The notes: generated from the sequence alone by a model not told the origin. A DNA stretch of 64,000 nucleotides from Paraphysomonas bandaiensis (GCA_965644295.1 CBFFRP010000077.1:62001-126000); one strand, 5' to 3'. Shown: positions 14,011 through 25,079, counted from the first letter of the stretch. Made by a program: numbers and translations.

Positions 14011-14788
14011 AAGTAAGTGGATATGTATGGACGATATACATCCATCTCTTATCTACGACAGCACCTTTATCTTGATGAATGTTATATGTAAACTTCAGTC
14101 ATATTTACAGGACACAACAGATCATTACGAATGATACAGTATTAGGAGTCATAAGGTCGACAGGCTCTTCACTGGTTGGGTCGTAAGGTGTGTCCCTGTA
14201 CCACATACATATACTCCCACCACCCCCACAACTCATCCACACTCTCATATTACTCATATGCTATCCTTATAGAGGAAGTCCTCATATGGATGATCACCAC
14301 CAGCTCCACTAACAACAGCGTCACAGTCTTCTAACGGATACATATGCTTCCACAGCACCATTAATGCAGATACACCATATAAAATAACATACTCAGGAGC
14401 GCATTAGTGGTGAACGCTTCTGGTTCAGTTATATGGCTATTCAGGGTGCTCCATGCGGTCTATGCATGTATATGTGTGTGGGTGTTCTGTATGTATGTGT
14501 GTGTATCTGCTGCGGTATTATTCATATGATCATACGAGTCTCTCTCCTCATGAGGAGCACACACCACTATACACCACTATGACCACACACTGTTGATAGT
14601 CCTCACTCGTGTCTGTGAGTAGAGGCAGCAGCAGAGCCTCTGAATCATGTACTCGTATATGCATATATCCACATCACATTCACTTCGAAGTCTCCCAGAG
14701 ATACACTCTTATACGCACACGTATACCTATGTATACCATATACACAGTATACAGAGAATACGTTGATTTACAGTTTACTAAGTTTCAC

Positions 14789-14789
<1 letters not shown>

Positions 14790-14819
<30 letters not shown>

Positions 14820-15119
14820 TGTATGTATGTATGTATGTATGTATGTATGTATGTATGTATGTATGTATGTATGTATGTATGTATGTATGTATGTATGTAT
14901 GTATGTATGTATGTATGTATGTATGTATGTATGTATGTATGTATGTATGTATGTATGTATGTATGTATGTATGTATGTATGTATGTATGTATGTATGTAT
15001 GTATGTATGTATGTATGTATGTATGTATGTATGTATGTATGTATGTATGTATGTATGTATGTATGTATGTATGTATGTATGTATGTATGTATGTATGTAT
15101 GTATGTATGTATGTATGTA
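14790..15119. repeat. Pure (TATG)n microsatellite, ~330 bp
   Basis: Directly visible; ends ~80 bp upstream of the SOD-like ATG at 15200. Confidence 0.99.
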
Positions 15120-15199
15120 CTGCTGTGTTGGTTAGTTTAATGTGGATTATTCGTACCCATTCATTCAATTATCCCGCTGCATACATTTGTTTGAATACT

Positions 15200-15797
15200 A
15201 TGGCCCGTTGTGTTGCTGTTATCAATGGTGATGGAATTACAGGCTCTTTGAGTCTGTATCAGGTTAGTCTGGATTTAACGCCCCGAAATAAATTAATTTG
15301 TTATTGCAGGCTCAAGAGGAGGCTCCTACATCTATCGAAGGAACCATCAAGGGCCTCATGCCTGTATTTTATCTATTTTTATTAATATTTTATGTTAATT
15401 CAATGACAGGGAAAGCATGGAATGCATGTGCATGTGTTTGGTGATTTTTCAGAGGGATTTCTTTCTGCAGGAGGTATATTCAACCCTTTTGGCAGAAATC
15501 ACGGTGCCCCTGACGATGAAGAGCGCATGGTTGGTGACTTAGGTTGGTGATGTGGGCATGTTATTGTTTTTTTGAGACGTCATAGGCAATATCGAGGCGG
15601 ATGATGACGGTTGCGCCAATGTTGCAATTGAAGACAGACAGGTCAAGTTAATTGGACCCCACTCAATCATCGGCAGATCGATCGTAGTGAAGTCTAACCC
15701 GGATGATATGGGTCGTGGTGGAAATGAATTATCTCTTAGTACTGGTAATTCTGGACAGCGCCTTGCTGGTGGTGTTGTCGGTATTGCGTCGTCCTAG
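15200..15797 (+). CDS. Cu/Zn superoxide dismutase-fold protein with non-canonical active site, 4 exons
   Basis: Manual splicing (introns ~15263-15309, ~15364-15409, ~15543-15586) gives [153 protein letters not shown], collinear with SOD1. Confidence 0.93.
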
Positions 15798-15802
15798 GTG
15801 TA

Positions 15803-17170
15803 TTAGATCCTTACAATAACTGCAGCTTTATCAATAGTTATTAAGTTAATGTTAGTAGCAGTTTGTCCGTATATAAGCATATAAGTGCTTTCTGAAATTT
15901 CTCTAATACGAATACTTCCTGTGTCGTGGAAATATAGACTAGCTTTTAGCTTCCATACAATTTTGTCCATTGTATATGCCAAAAGCCAGCACAAAACTAA
16001 GGGTAAAATCGTTGGCATGTATATAGTTTAATCAGTATTTTCAAAAGAACACACCTACAATTTACGAGCATACCATAGACAAACAGATATCGCACCCACA
16101 CATTAAAACCAGGGATAGGGAACAATATATTGTATTGCAATATATTGTACAATATATTGCAATATATTGTAAAATATATTGATTGGTGGACTGGTCAAAT
16201 ATTCCATCAATAGTGTTTCTGTTAATAGAGCTCACAATACTATTGCAATATATTGCAATCAATATTATGATAGTCATATAAGAGAAGATCCTCAACTGTA
16301 TGGTGCAAAATATACGCCTCTGTATACAAATATCCGGAAAATAAGAAAAAAAGCCTATTTTTGATGTTATTTTCTATTTTTTATGTATCGCCAGCTCAAA
16401 CAGCACTCTACACCTCTCCACATGTATGTACAGTACTTCTCTTAATATAGTATATATATCCTATAGTGACAAGAAGAGACAACTGAATGATGAGTGCATA
16501 CAAGAGTAGGGACATTTACCGCTGTTTTTGGAGTCCGGTCGAAGGTGTCCCGAACAAACACGAGTGTAAAATCTGCGGACGTAAACGACAACAGAATATT
16601 CGGAATGGATACAACAATCTAAAGGATCACACTTTCTCTCATGATGTGTGGGAGGAGACATTGAAGAGGTATTTACGGGCTGTCTGCACCAATGGTCCCA
16701 TGGATGCTTTTGTTCTGCAGCCTTCAGACAAAATCAAGTGACCTTAGACCTTATAAAATATGGCAAGTACTAAAAATGAAAACTACGGATGTGTTTACTT
16801 ACTGATTAGTCATACTAATATATTGCAATATATTGTACAATATATTGCAATATATTGTACAATATATTGCAATATATTGCAATAGTATTGTAGGGCCGGT
16901 TTAAAAAATCCATCAATACTATTGATGGAACGCTACCTAACAATAGTATTGCAATATATTGTTCCCTATCCCTGATTAAAACCTATGTACCCATAAGATG
17001 CGAGGAAACTGCAATGACCAGTAGCGCAGTAGGTAAGAATCAACTGCAATAATAATAACATTTCCATGATTAATGCCTTCTCCCGCCCGAAGGCTGCAAG
17101 GGTGACATCGAAAACCCCCCAGACGCTCTATAGCGCGAAGTCCAGTAACCGTCCCAGCTCATGTACCGTA
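15803..17170 (-). pseudogene. Possible small membrane-protein gene disrupted by the hAT derivative
   Basis: Removing 16110-16974 plus one TSD restores an open hydrophobic frame (...MLLLLQLILTYCATGHCSFLASYGYIGFN|VWVRYLFVY) that can splice in frame to VLCWLLAYTMDKIVWKL. No family recognised. Confidence 0.3.
16110..16974 (+). mobile_element. Non-autonomous hAT element (865 bp), internal-deletion derivative of 54431-56820
   Basis: 23-bp TIR CAGGGATAGGGAACAATATATTG and perfect 8-bp TSD ATTAAAAC (16102-16109, 16975-16982). Both arms are near-identical to the autonomous copy; the deletion junction is at ~16731. Confidence 0.97.
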
Positions 17171-17850
17171 ACAAACATCACTGCATATAGTGCAGGGCAA
17201 AAAAAACTATAGCAAAGAAATTATCATCAAAAAAATCACCTCCTATATCTGGTCCTCATTGTCCATGCTGTTGTGGAACCTATCGTGCCATCCGCTTCAT
17301 GCATTTATAACTAGATATTATATATAAGAGGTATAGTATTTATACCAACACTGTTCTTCATATCAATAAATATGCATTGTTACAACCATATCGTATTCGG
17401 ATGTCTAGATATAGCACATGCAAGCCAATGTGTCCGTAAATAGCCTCATACGATGAAAGCTACTTCTAGAGAACTGCAGTATACCATAACACAATTCGTA
17501 TATATATCAGCAGCATACATCACATACCTTTATAACAATGGCATTGTGCATTTCTCTGATACTATCCTTTCTTGGCATCTGTGAAGCGCGAGCATAGCAA
17601 CACTGCTGTGCCCAGAAGCAGCCAAACACACAAGATTTCTTAGATATAAGAAAAGTCGAGGAACCGCGTATACCGCGAGTGCGCTGTAGTCTAATATTGA
17701 TAATTTCAATGTGGAAATATATACAGCGGTATACGGTATACTGTATACGGTATATGAAGTGGAGTGTTAGATTTCATTTACCACCCTCGCGCTGTACCAC
17801 CCTCATAACTCAGTGATCGCTTTCTACCTATATCTCTCTACCCCTGTGAA

Positions 17851-19662
17851 ATGTCATGGATTGCATCATGGCTGGCGTGTCTATGGAGTGTACAGCAGTC
17901 TGTCGCCGTATCATTAAATAATGATTATAAGAGCCATACTTTAGAACAGCACATTGTCATTGACTGGATGGAAAGTTATACACCTGATAGACTGACACAC
18001 TTGGTTGAAAGCTTCATGTTGACGAGTTCACTTGTAGTTCACGATGTGCTGTCATTCAACAGCATACAGCCATCAGTGAGGACACAAGTGATGTCCTCTT
18101 TCTATCAACAGTTTGAAGACGATTATCGAGGTGAATATCCATTTACTATCTATCTGGTGAATGATACACGCCCACGTTATGACTACAGATATACCAACAA
18201 TGGAATCAGGAAGGTCAATTCCAACATGCACGGCTTAGGTGCTTTTCTTCAATCAACATCACTTTGTTCTGTCAATAATTCCTTAGCTATTCATGTTACA
18301 AACAATATTCAAGAGACCAAGGACAATCTGCGATCAATGAATCTATTTTATTCATATTATCGAGCACGAGTATTTTCTAGTCTGTCAGAGGTTTTTTCAG
18401 TCTTAAATAGCGGTTTCCCAAACTTTATCTACGTTATTCTTCGACTCTTGGACAATGTACCCCACAATAATGTTGCATACCAAGGAATGCCTTATGTAGA
18501 AATACTTGTCAGTGACTACTTTGAGGCGAAGTGTATTTTAGACGGAGATTCGACTTGCTCTGTTCCCATTGCCAGTGAATGCGACAGCAAGGAGATTTAT
18601 GAAAACGGCGGAGAAAATGTAGGAAATATTATTAGCGTGGGAAAGAAGATGGTGTTTGTGGATATAAAATGGGTAGGAGATGGTAGTTACAATATTAAAA
18701 CCCAGCGAGCACTTTTGGAGCAAAGAATACAAGGGAAAAGTGAAGCATTCATCGCTGATCCTGCGTTGTGGCCTTTTCCCGGAAGCATATCGTCCACGTG
18801 TGGGGGTGACAATATCACCGACGATACAATAGTGACGGTACCAATTCAGGGTATTTTATCAGGGTTTAACGGTGATAAGGAAACTACCCAATTTAGTATG
18901 TACAAAGGTCAAAACCCATATACAGAGGTGTCCTGTTTTTGTGAATTTCATGGAATTAATATCGATTCATGTCATGAATTGCTTCACGTGGTTCTTTCTG
19001 AATTCCGTGAAAAAATATCTGAATCTCATTTACCATTACATGTCAATCTCGTCAGTACAGGGCTATCTGCTCTTAGAAAATGCGGATTGGATTTTGTAGT
19101 TATGAGGGTTACGGATGTGATTGGATTCCCCCATACGCTTCAAGAGCATAAGGATGTCGACATTCTAATTAACCCTGCCGATTCCCTTTCAGATTACGTA
19201 GAATGTCTCGAGAGTGCCTATGACATGTACATGCAATCAACGTATAATAAATCTACAACGTATCGTGATGTCACGCTGATATTACGATATGTTTTCGGTA
19301 GTGTAACAGATAACTGGCTGGTAGATATCACTCTTCCAAGAAGCGATACTTTTATAGTTCGCTTCGAACTACAGAAAAGTGTACACTCCTCCGTGGTTGC
19401 TGTTTCACCACGGTGGAGTAATATGATACTTGCCAGTGCTGTGGAAGTTATTTCACCTGCTGGTTTCGTGTGGAGACGCCCTTGTGACTCAGATGAGGCT
19501 GCACTGCGAGTATTAGCGTATATGAGTGCGCCATCCAAAATACATCATTTAGATTGGATAAAAGCTCACCCGAAAATACATTTTTCTGATCCAAGGACGC
19601 ACTTTCCAAGTAGTCTATATGTGAATGAATATTCTGAATGCTGCTCTATTGTAGGCTTGTAA
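17851..19662 (+). CDS. Intronless 603-aa secreted-type protein with two putative nucleotidyltransferase-like (Y/FVxxR...DxxILx) modules
   Basis: Long ORF with an N-terminal signal-like peptide; motifs YVILR...VEILVSD and FVVMR...DVDILI. The family assignment comes from recall of bacterial polysaccharide-locus proteins and is unverified. Confidence 0.7.
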   Translation: MSWIASWLACLWSVQQSVAVSLNNDYKSHTLEQHIVIDWMESYTPDRLTHLVESFMLTSSLVVHDVLSFNSIQPSVRTQVMSSFYQQFEDDYRGEYPFTIYLVNDTRPRYDYRYTNNGIRKVNSNMHGLGAFLQSTSLCSVNNSLAIHVTNNIQETKDNLRSMNLFYSYYRARVFSSLSEVFSVLNSGFPNFIYVILRLLDNVPHNNVAYQGMPYVEILVSDYFEAKCILDGDSTCSVPIASECDSKEIYENGGENVGNIISVGKKMVFVDIKWVGDGSYNIKTQRALLEQRIQGKSEAFIADPALWPFPGSISSTCGGDNITDDTIVTVPIQGILSGFNGDKETTQFSMYKGQNPYTEVSCFCEFHGINIDSCHELLHVVLSEFREKISESHLPLHVNLVSTGLSALRKCGLDFVVMRVTDVIGFPHTLQEHKDVDILINPADSLSDYVECLESAYDMYMQSTYNKSTTYRDVTLILRYVFGSVTDNWLVDITLPRSDTFIVRFELQKSVHSSVVAVSPRWSNMILASAVEVISPAGFVWRRPCDSDEAALRVLAYMSAPSKIHHLDWIKAHPKIHFSDPRTHFPSSLYVNEYSECCSIVGL

Positions 19663-19714
19663 CTAGAATAAATACGCATGGATACAGTATTATGCCGTGT
19701 GCGATGTACATAGT

Positions 19715-20299
19715 AGTAAATGTCTTATTATTAGCAATAGGCGTGGAAGAGCCAGAACTAATGTAGCAAAGCAATTTAACTAACTAGTGCTTTACTCTGA
19801 TAGTAGTGAATGTCTTATTTAAGCAAAATAAGCGTTTAAGAGTCAATGCATAACTCTGATATCCTACTATTCAACGCTACGGAAGCTGCTTGTGCGTCAC
19901 CGCAAGCACCAATGTGCAATCACCTCCTCGCACCTTTTCGTGGTGTTCTGGGGGATAAGTACCAGAGATATTTCTCCGGGAAACTAATATGTAAGCCGCA
20001 TATATAGTCAGCAGATATTGTTTTGCCTACTCATAGCCAAATGCTTGTGTGGTAGAACGGACACTAATTAGTGTAACTTGTGTGGGCGTCTTTGGGCCTT
20101 GACGAATAAACAGGCATCCGGGAATGGACCCACATGCCCACATCAAGTTCATCCGGGGTATTGTGGGCTGCTTACTGAAGTCTAGCATCCGAGCTGTTCA
20201 CTCAAAAATGTTGTACTCAGCAGATGTCAGGTATGTCAACACTCTGTTTGCTCACGGCGTTTGCTTTGAGTGATAGAGAGCGTCCGACTTTGTTGAGGG
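19715..20299 (-). mobile_element. Family A retroposon copy with an internal inversion (19928-20281)
   Basis: The first 18 nt (CCCTCAACAAAGTCGGAC) are on the minus strand at 20282-20299 and the tail is on the minus strand at ~19715-19927. The body between them reads on the plus strand. Confidence 0.85.
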
Positions 20300-20339
20300 T
20301 GAGATGTACACTTTTGTTTAGAGGAAACTTTTACACATG

Positions 20340-20490
20340 TTTATAATATAATGTCTGATTACTTAGCTATAGGCTTAATATAAATGTTAAAACTAAACAG
20401 AAATTTAACTAGTACTTAATACTAATATCCTACTATTTGACGCTACGGAGGCTGCTTGGAATTCGCTGCAAGCACCACAGTGCAACCTTC
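20340..20490 (-). mobile_element. Isolated LINE/SINE 3' tail fragment
   Basis: Reverse complement of the GGTTGCAC..GTGCTTGC..CAAGCAGC..CGTAGCG..ATAGTAGGATA core. Confidence 0.7.
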
Positions 20491-20590
20491 AAGGTGTGTA
20501 CACATGCTGTCAACCTGTACGTGTGGTAGCCACTATCAGCAATTCAAAAGTAATAGCAATATATCAAGGCATTATTACTATCGTTTACTG

Positions 20591-21009
20591 CCCTACAAAG
20601 TCGGACTCGCACCTTTTCGTGGTGTTCTGGGGGAAACTAATATGTGAGCCGCGTATATAGTCAGCAGATATTGTTTTGCCCACTCATAGCCAAATGCTTG
20701 TGTGGTAGAAAGGACACTAATTAGTGTAACTTGTGTGGGTGTCTTTGGGTCTTGACGAATAAACAGGCATCCGGGAATGGGCCCACATCAAGTTCATCCG
20801 GGGTATTGTGGGCTGCTTACTGAAGTCAAGCATTCGGGCTGTTCACCTTAAGGTCAGAGAGCGAAAATGGTTGCACCTTGGTGCTTGCGGCGACGCACAA
20901 GCAGCTTTTGTAGTAGGATATTAGAGTTAAGCACTAGTTAGTTAAATTGTATTGCTACATTAGTTCTGACTCTTACACGCCTATTGCTAATAATCAGACA
21001 TTCACTACT
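20591..21009 (+). mobile_element. Family A retroposon copy lacking the P4 hairpin and the intron-like segment
   Basis: Starts CCCTACAAAGTCGGACTCGC, has junctions GGGGGA|AACTAA (~20634) and GTCAG|AGAGCG (20857/20858), and its tail ends AGACATTCACTACT. Confidence 0.88.
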
Positions 21010-21129
21010 TGTTTAAAGCCCAATAGTCACAACTCAATGTACTGAGTTCACGAGAACATCATACGTAACAACATAACTCTTACACCTCCTGACCACATTT
21101 CACTACTATACTATTATAACTCACTATAT

Positions 21130-21305
21130 TATACACACTTCAACTATATATGAAAGTCTGATTATTACATGAGTACGGTTGTGTAGAGAAACTAGTTTAT
21201 GTCTATAGACTAGCTAATAACTAGATTTGCTATATACTACTAGTGGCGGGCAACCGTCTCGGGACTGCTTGTGCATCGCTGCGAGCACCATGGTGCAACC
21301 CACTT
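21130..21305 (-). mobile_element. Isolated degenerate LINE/SINE 3' tail fragment
   Basis: Core CTGCTTGTGCATCGCTGCGAGCACCATGGTGCAACC at ~21265-21300; the left boundary is approximate. Confidence 0.6.
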
Positions 21306-21671
21306 CAACTAACACTGCCACTTAAACAATGCTACAAGGAACAAGGAATGATTAATGATTACAATAATAGCTGGCAATTTATGTTTCAAAATCATGGTCC
21401 CCATTATATATCTGAAATTTTGCCGACCTTTTATTGTTGACAATGCGCTACTTCATATATAGAACAGATATATATTTCTATTCCACTGCGATGCGCATAA
21501 ACTGAGTAACTTAGTAGTACTTTCCATATTACACAACTACGTACTGAATTCACTGTGAGTTTCATTTCATCAACTGCTAGGTGGAAAGCATAAAAAGTAA
21601 CTAATAGGAAATATATTACACACTGAAAGTTTTCTAAAATATAAACAATATAAAGAAGTGTCATGGCGATG

Positions 21672-24480
21672 TTAATTCGCAATCGAGCTTAGCATGATAG
21701 AAAATATGAAGCACGTCAGAAAAATGAATGACAAAAAGAACATATCGCGTTCAGATTTTCCGAAAGACAAGTCCGGTACAACCCTGGTAAACAAAAAATG
21801 TTGTTAAAGAACTGTATGGCGAACTTTAATGACTTAGACCTGGCGTTTATGGCCCAGTGATTAGGGAACGGTACAACAATGGGTTTAGGCTCAGCAATCA
21901 CCCCAGGGGCTCGAAAATTGAAAGGGCTCACTGCACCCCCTGACCGACCGTCGCCAAGAAGAGCTAATGACATGGCTGCAGGGGTAGTAGGAGTATGTGA
22001 CTGGTTCTTCCCTGGTCCTTGTTGATTACCATGACCAGAGTCAGTGTCAGAGGGAGAAGAGACTCCAGCAGACCCTGACCTCGGCCGCAGTCTTCCTGAT
22101 GGGGGTGGAGAGGGGGCACCCGCAGTAGACCCACTCTTCTCTCCAAACCCTCTCAGGCGAGGACGCCTGTTACTTTGCGAGTACTCTACACCCGTTAGCC
22201 GCAAGTAATGTGCTTTCAGGTCTTTCACCTCCAGTTGTAAATCACACACCTATGTAAAGGAAGAGATGACAACAATTAATGATGGCCATGAATAATACGG
22301 CCAATTTCACCTGCTGAGTAACACGTGGGTCTACAACCACAGAGGGCTGTGAGCTGATATTTGTAGGAGCAGCCGATGATTGTCTCCCTAGCGACGGCGG
22401 AGTATTGGTAATACCCTTTTTCCTTAGCACTTTCTCTAATCGAGCCAGCTCGAATTCTTTGGTCGCGATCTGACTCCGCAGACTCGATGCTTCGGCATTC
22501 ACCTTGTGGCTGCGCGATATAATACCGTGACGACTGCTAGACGAAAGGCCTCGAGAACGCTCCTTGAGGGGGTGGGAAGGGTGTTTAGGGCCTGTGTACT
22601 TATCTGCAGGACAGTTAAAAACAGTGTGACGAAATTTATAAATCAAGCAGAAATGGACGTACTCGGCTGAGGAGAGTTTGGTCTAGAATGGCTGGTGCTC
22701 TCGTGTATGTCACTGGAATGCGATCGAGTCAGATGTCGACCTCCGCCTCTACCTTCTCCTGCCCCAGGCTGCATGGTCGTTACACCTGTTCCGCCCCCCC
22801 CCGTGCCTACCACCGCAGTGGAATTGGAATGTATAAGTGGCTGAGAATGCCTCGTCCCTCGTTTAGCCGTGGTTGATGGGGGAGCAGTACCGGTCACGCC
22901 AATACCCTCCATATCGTACCTCGACATATAGACATGTTGACGCATTTCCAACAGCTGACCAACAAACTCATTCATGAATTCGTTGCGACTGACTTCCGAT
23001 AGTCTCGCCCAAGTCTTGTCCGTGGTATTTATCTGCACTGTGCACGTCACCAGTGCCTCCATCAAGTCATCGTCAAACATTTCATGATCCCGTCGGGGAG
23101 ATACGGTCAGTACAGCATCCATGGCTAACGGTAGCACCTTCCCACTTATGCCATCCGTGGGGGCGGGATAATCCTTGGTTGGACTTAGTGTTATTAGATA
23201 GCTGCCATCCTCATCGAGGAACCAGAAACGACTTAAACACCCGACAAGATAACCATTTGTACCACCAGTTACACTCTCAACTACAGAAGACCGCTGATAG
23301 AACGGGATGCTTACCCCAAGAATGTCCACATGGTCGTCAATTGCTTGCACTACCTTGACGGTACCCTTACTACGCTTGGGCCAAAACGCCTCATTTACGT
23401 CCATGAGAGAAAGGAAGGCACTGATAGGGCTGCACTGAACGACCACCTGCGTCTTTCGACACACTACATCCGATACCGGAGGCGTTGGTACTCCAGCAAG
23501 TGCTAGGAACGGGTCTGGCTGCTGACCTGATTGGGAGATGGCTTCTGCGCCACCTTGCTGCATAATTCTTACGGCCTCGATTTGCCCCACTTTAACCCAT
23601 CCACCGCCACCTCCGGATATTCCCAGGATATGAGATATAATTAGTGGGTCTGCAGAGGCTGGGAGCATGGGCTTGTGGTTCGCTTCTAGTTTGGCGATCT
23701 TTTCCTCAAGGGCGGCTTTCCATGACAGTGCATCTTGGAGACTCTCTGAAGCGAGAATTAAGCGAGAGTCTGTTGGCCGTCGGTACTGATACGCCACTAC
23801 GACAAAAAACGTACGATTACATAATCGCTTATATCGAACTTGAAACACTGACCTGCGCCGCCTGAAGCTACGGCAGTGATGCCCACAACAGTGATGTACG
23901 GTACGAGGCCAATACCCGCGGTTAAAGCACCCACCACTACGCCTCCCACAGCCACAGCAGCAACCTTCATCCCAATAGACAAATTGTTATCCTGTGCATG
24001 GTGTTTTTCCAATTGTTCTTCGACTCGCCGCTGCTTGTCTCTGTTTGTATTCACTTCTGATTGTACAATCTAAGCAAAGGTTTACTACAAATAAATCGAA
24101 CGTTGAATGCGACATACTTGCTTCAAATCTTTCGGAGGGCGAGACGCTTGAGTACTTGTTACATCTTCTTTAGCATCTTCCTCCCCATCTGAATCATGAT
24201 CCACTTTCTGTGTTTTTTTATCGTCCTCTACATGGGGCCATACGATCCAAAAACTAAATATTTTTTTTCCTTTCTTGGCACCCTTTACATCTTCCTCCAC
24301 TTCAGTTAGGATGCATCCAGGCACTAAATCAAATGTCCCTCGGAGTGTATTAGACTCTTGTTTGAGCTTATAAGTTAAACTGTGGCCGACTAGTGCGAAA
24401 TATCTTGTAGACCACCTGTGCATACGGGCCCCTCTCTTCTTAAGCCACCCCTCCTTATCAGGGGTTATGATGTTTGCCAT
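21672..24480 (-). CDS. Split PH domain + START-like domain + coiled coil + C-terminal transmembrane anchor (EDR2-related lipid-transfer protein), ~6 exons
   Basis: PH start KEGWLKKRG..WSTRYFAL and PH end LILASESLQDALSWKAALE; START-like VVQAIDDHVDI..SRFWFLDEDGSYLI. Intron 21784-21839 yields the terminal MFFLSFIFLTCFIFSIMLSSIAN*. Confidence 0.82.
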
Positions 24481-24642
24481 TTCTCTTGGATGTATATATC
24501 TGGTGGTGTGAGAAGTTGAAAGGGAAGGTTTGGGTGTTTGGTGGAAGTGGTTGATGCGGTAAAGATGGTTTAGTGAGAAAATGGGCTGGTTTATTGTGTA
24601 AGCAGGACGTGTTGAATCTATCTGTATTGAGACGTAAATATT

Positions 24643-25079
24643 CATACATACATACATACATACATACATACATACATACATACATACATACATACATACA
24701 TACATACATACATACATACATACATACATACATACATACATACATACATACATACATACATACATACATACATACATACATACATACATACATACATACA
24801 TACATACATACATACATACATACATACATACATACATACATACATACATACATACATACATACATACATACATACATACATACATACATACATACATACA
24901 TACATACATACATACATACATACATACATACATACATACATACATACATACATACATACATACATACATACATACATACATACATACATACATACATACA
25001 TACATACATACATACATACATACATACATACATACATACATACATACATACATACATACATACATACATACATACATAC
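24643..25079. repeat. Pure (CATA)n/(TATG)n microsatellite, ~437 bp, in a divergent intergenic region
   Basis: Directly visible; ~160 bp from the ATG at 24480 and ~190 bp from the ATG at 25270. Confidence 0.99.

Noticed and set aside
20282-20299. Family A as a piggyBac-like DNA element (CCCT start, inverted 18-mer here, TTAA next to the 28955 copy)
   Set aside because: The inverted 18-mer is explained by an internal inversion. Other copies lack TTAA and TIRs and have 14-15 bp TSDs with LINE tails.
24643-25079. (TACA)n arrays as interstitial telomeres or assembly artefacts
   Set aside because: The unit lacks G-runs typical of telomeres, the flanks are unique and gene-proximal, and one array has natural variant units. 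Exact lengths may still be imprecise.
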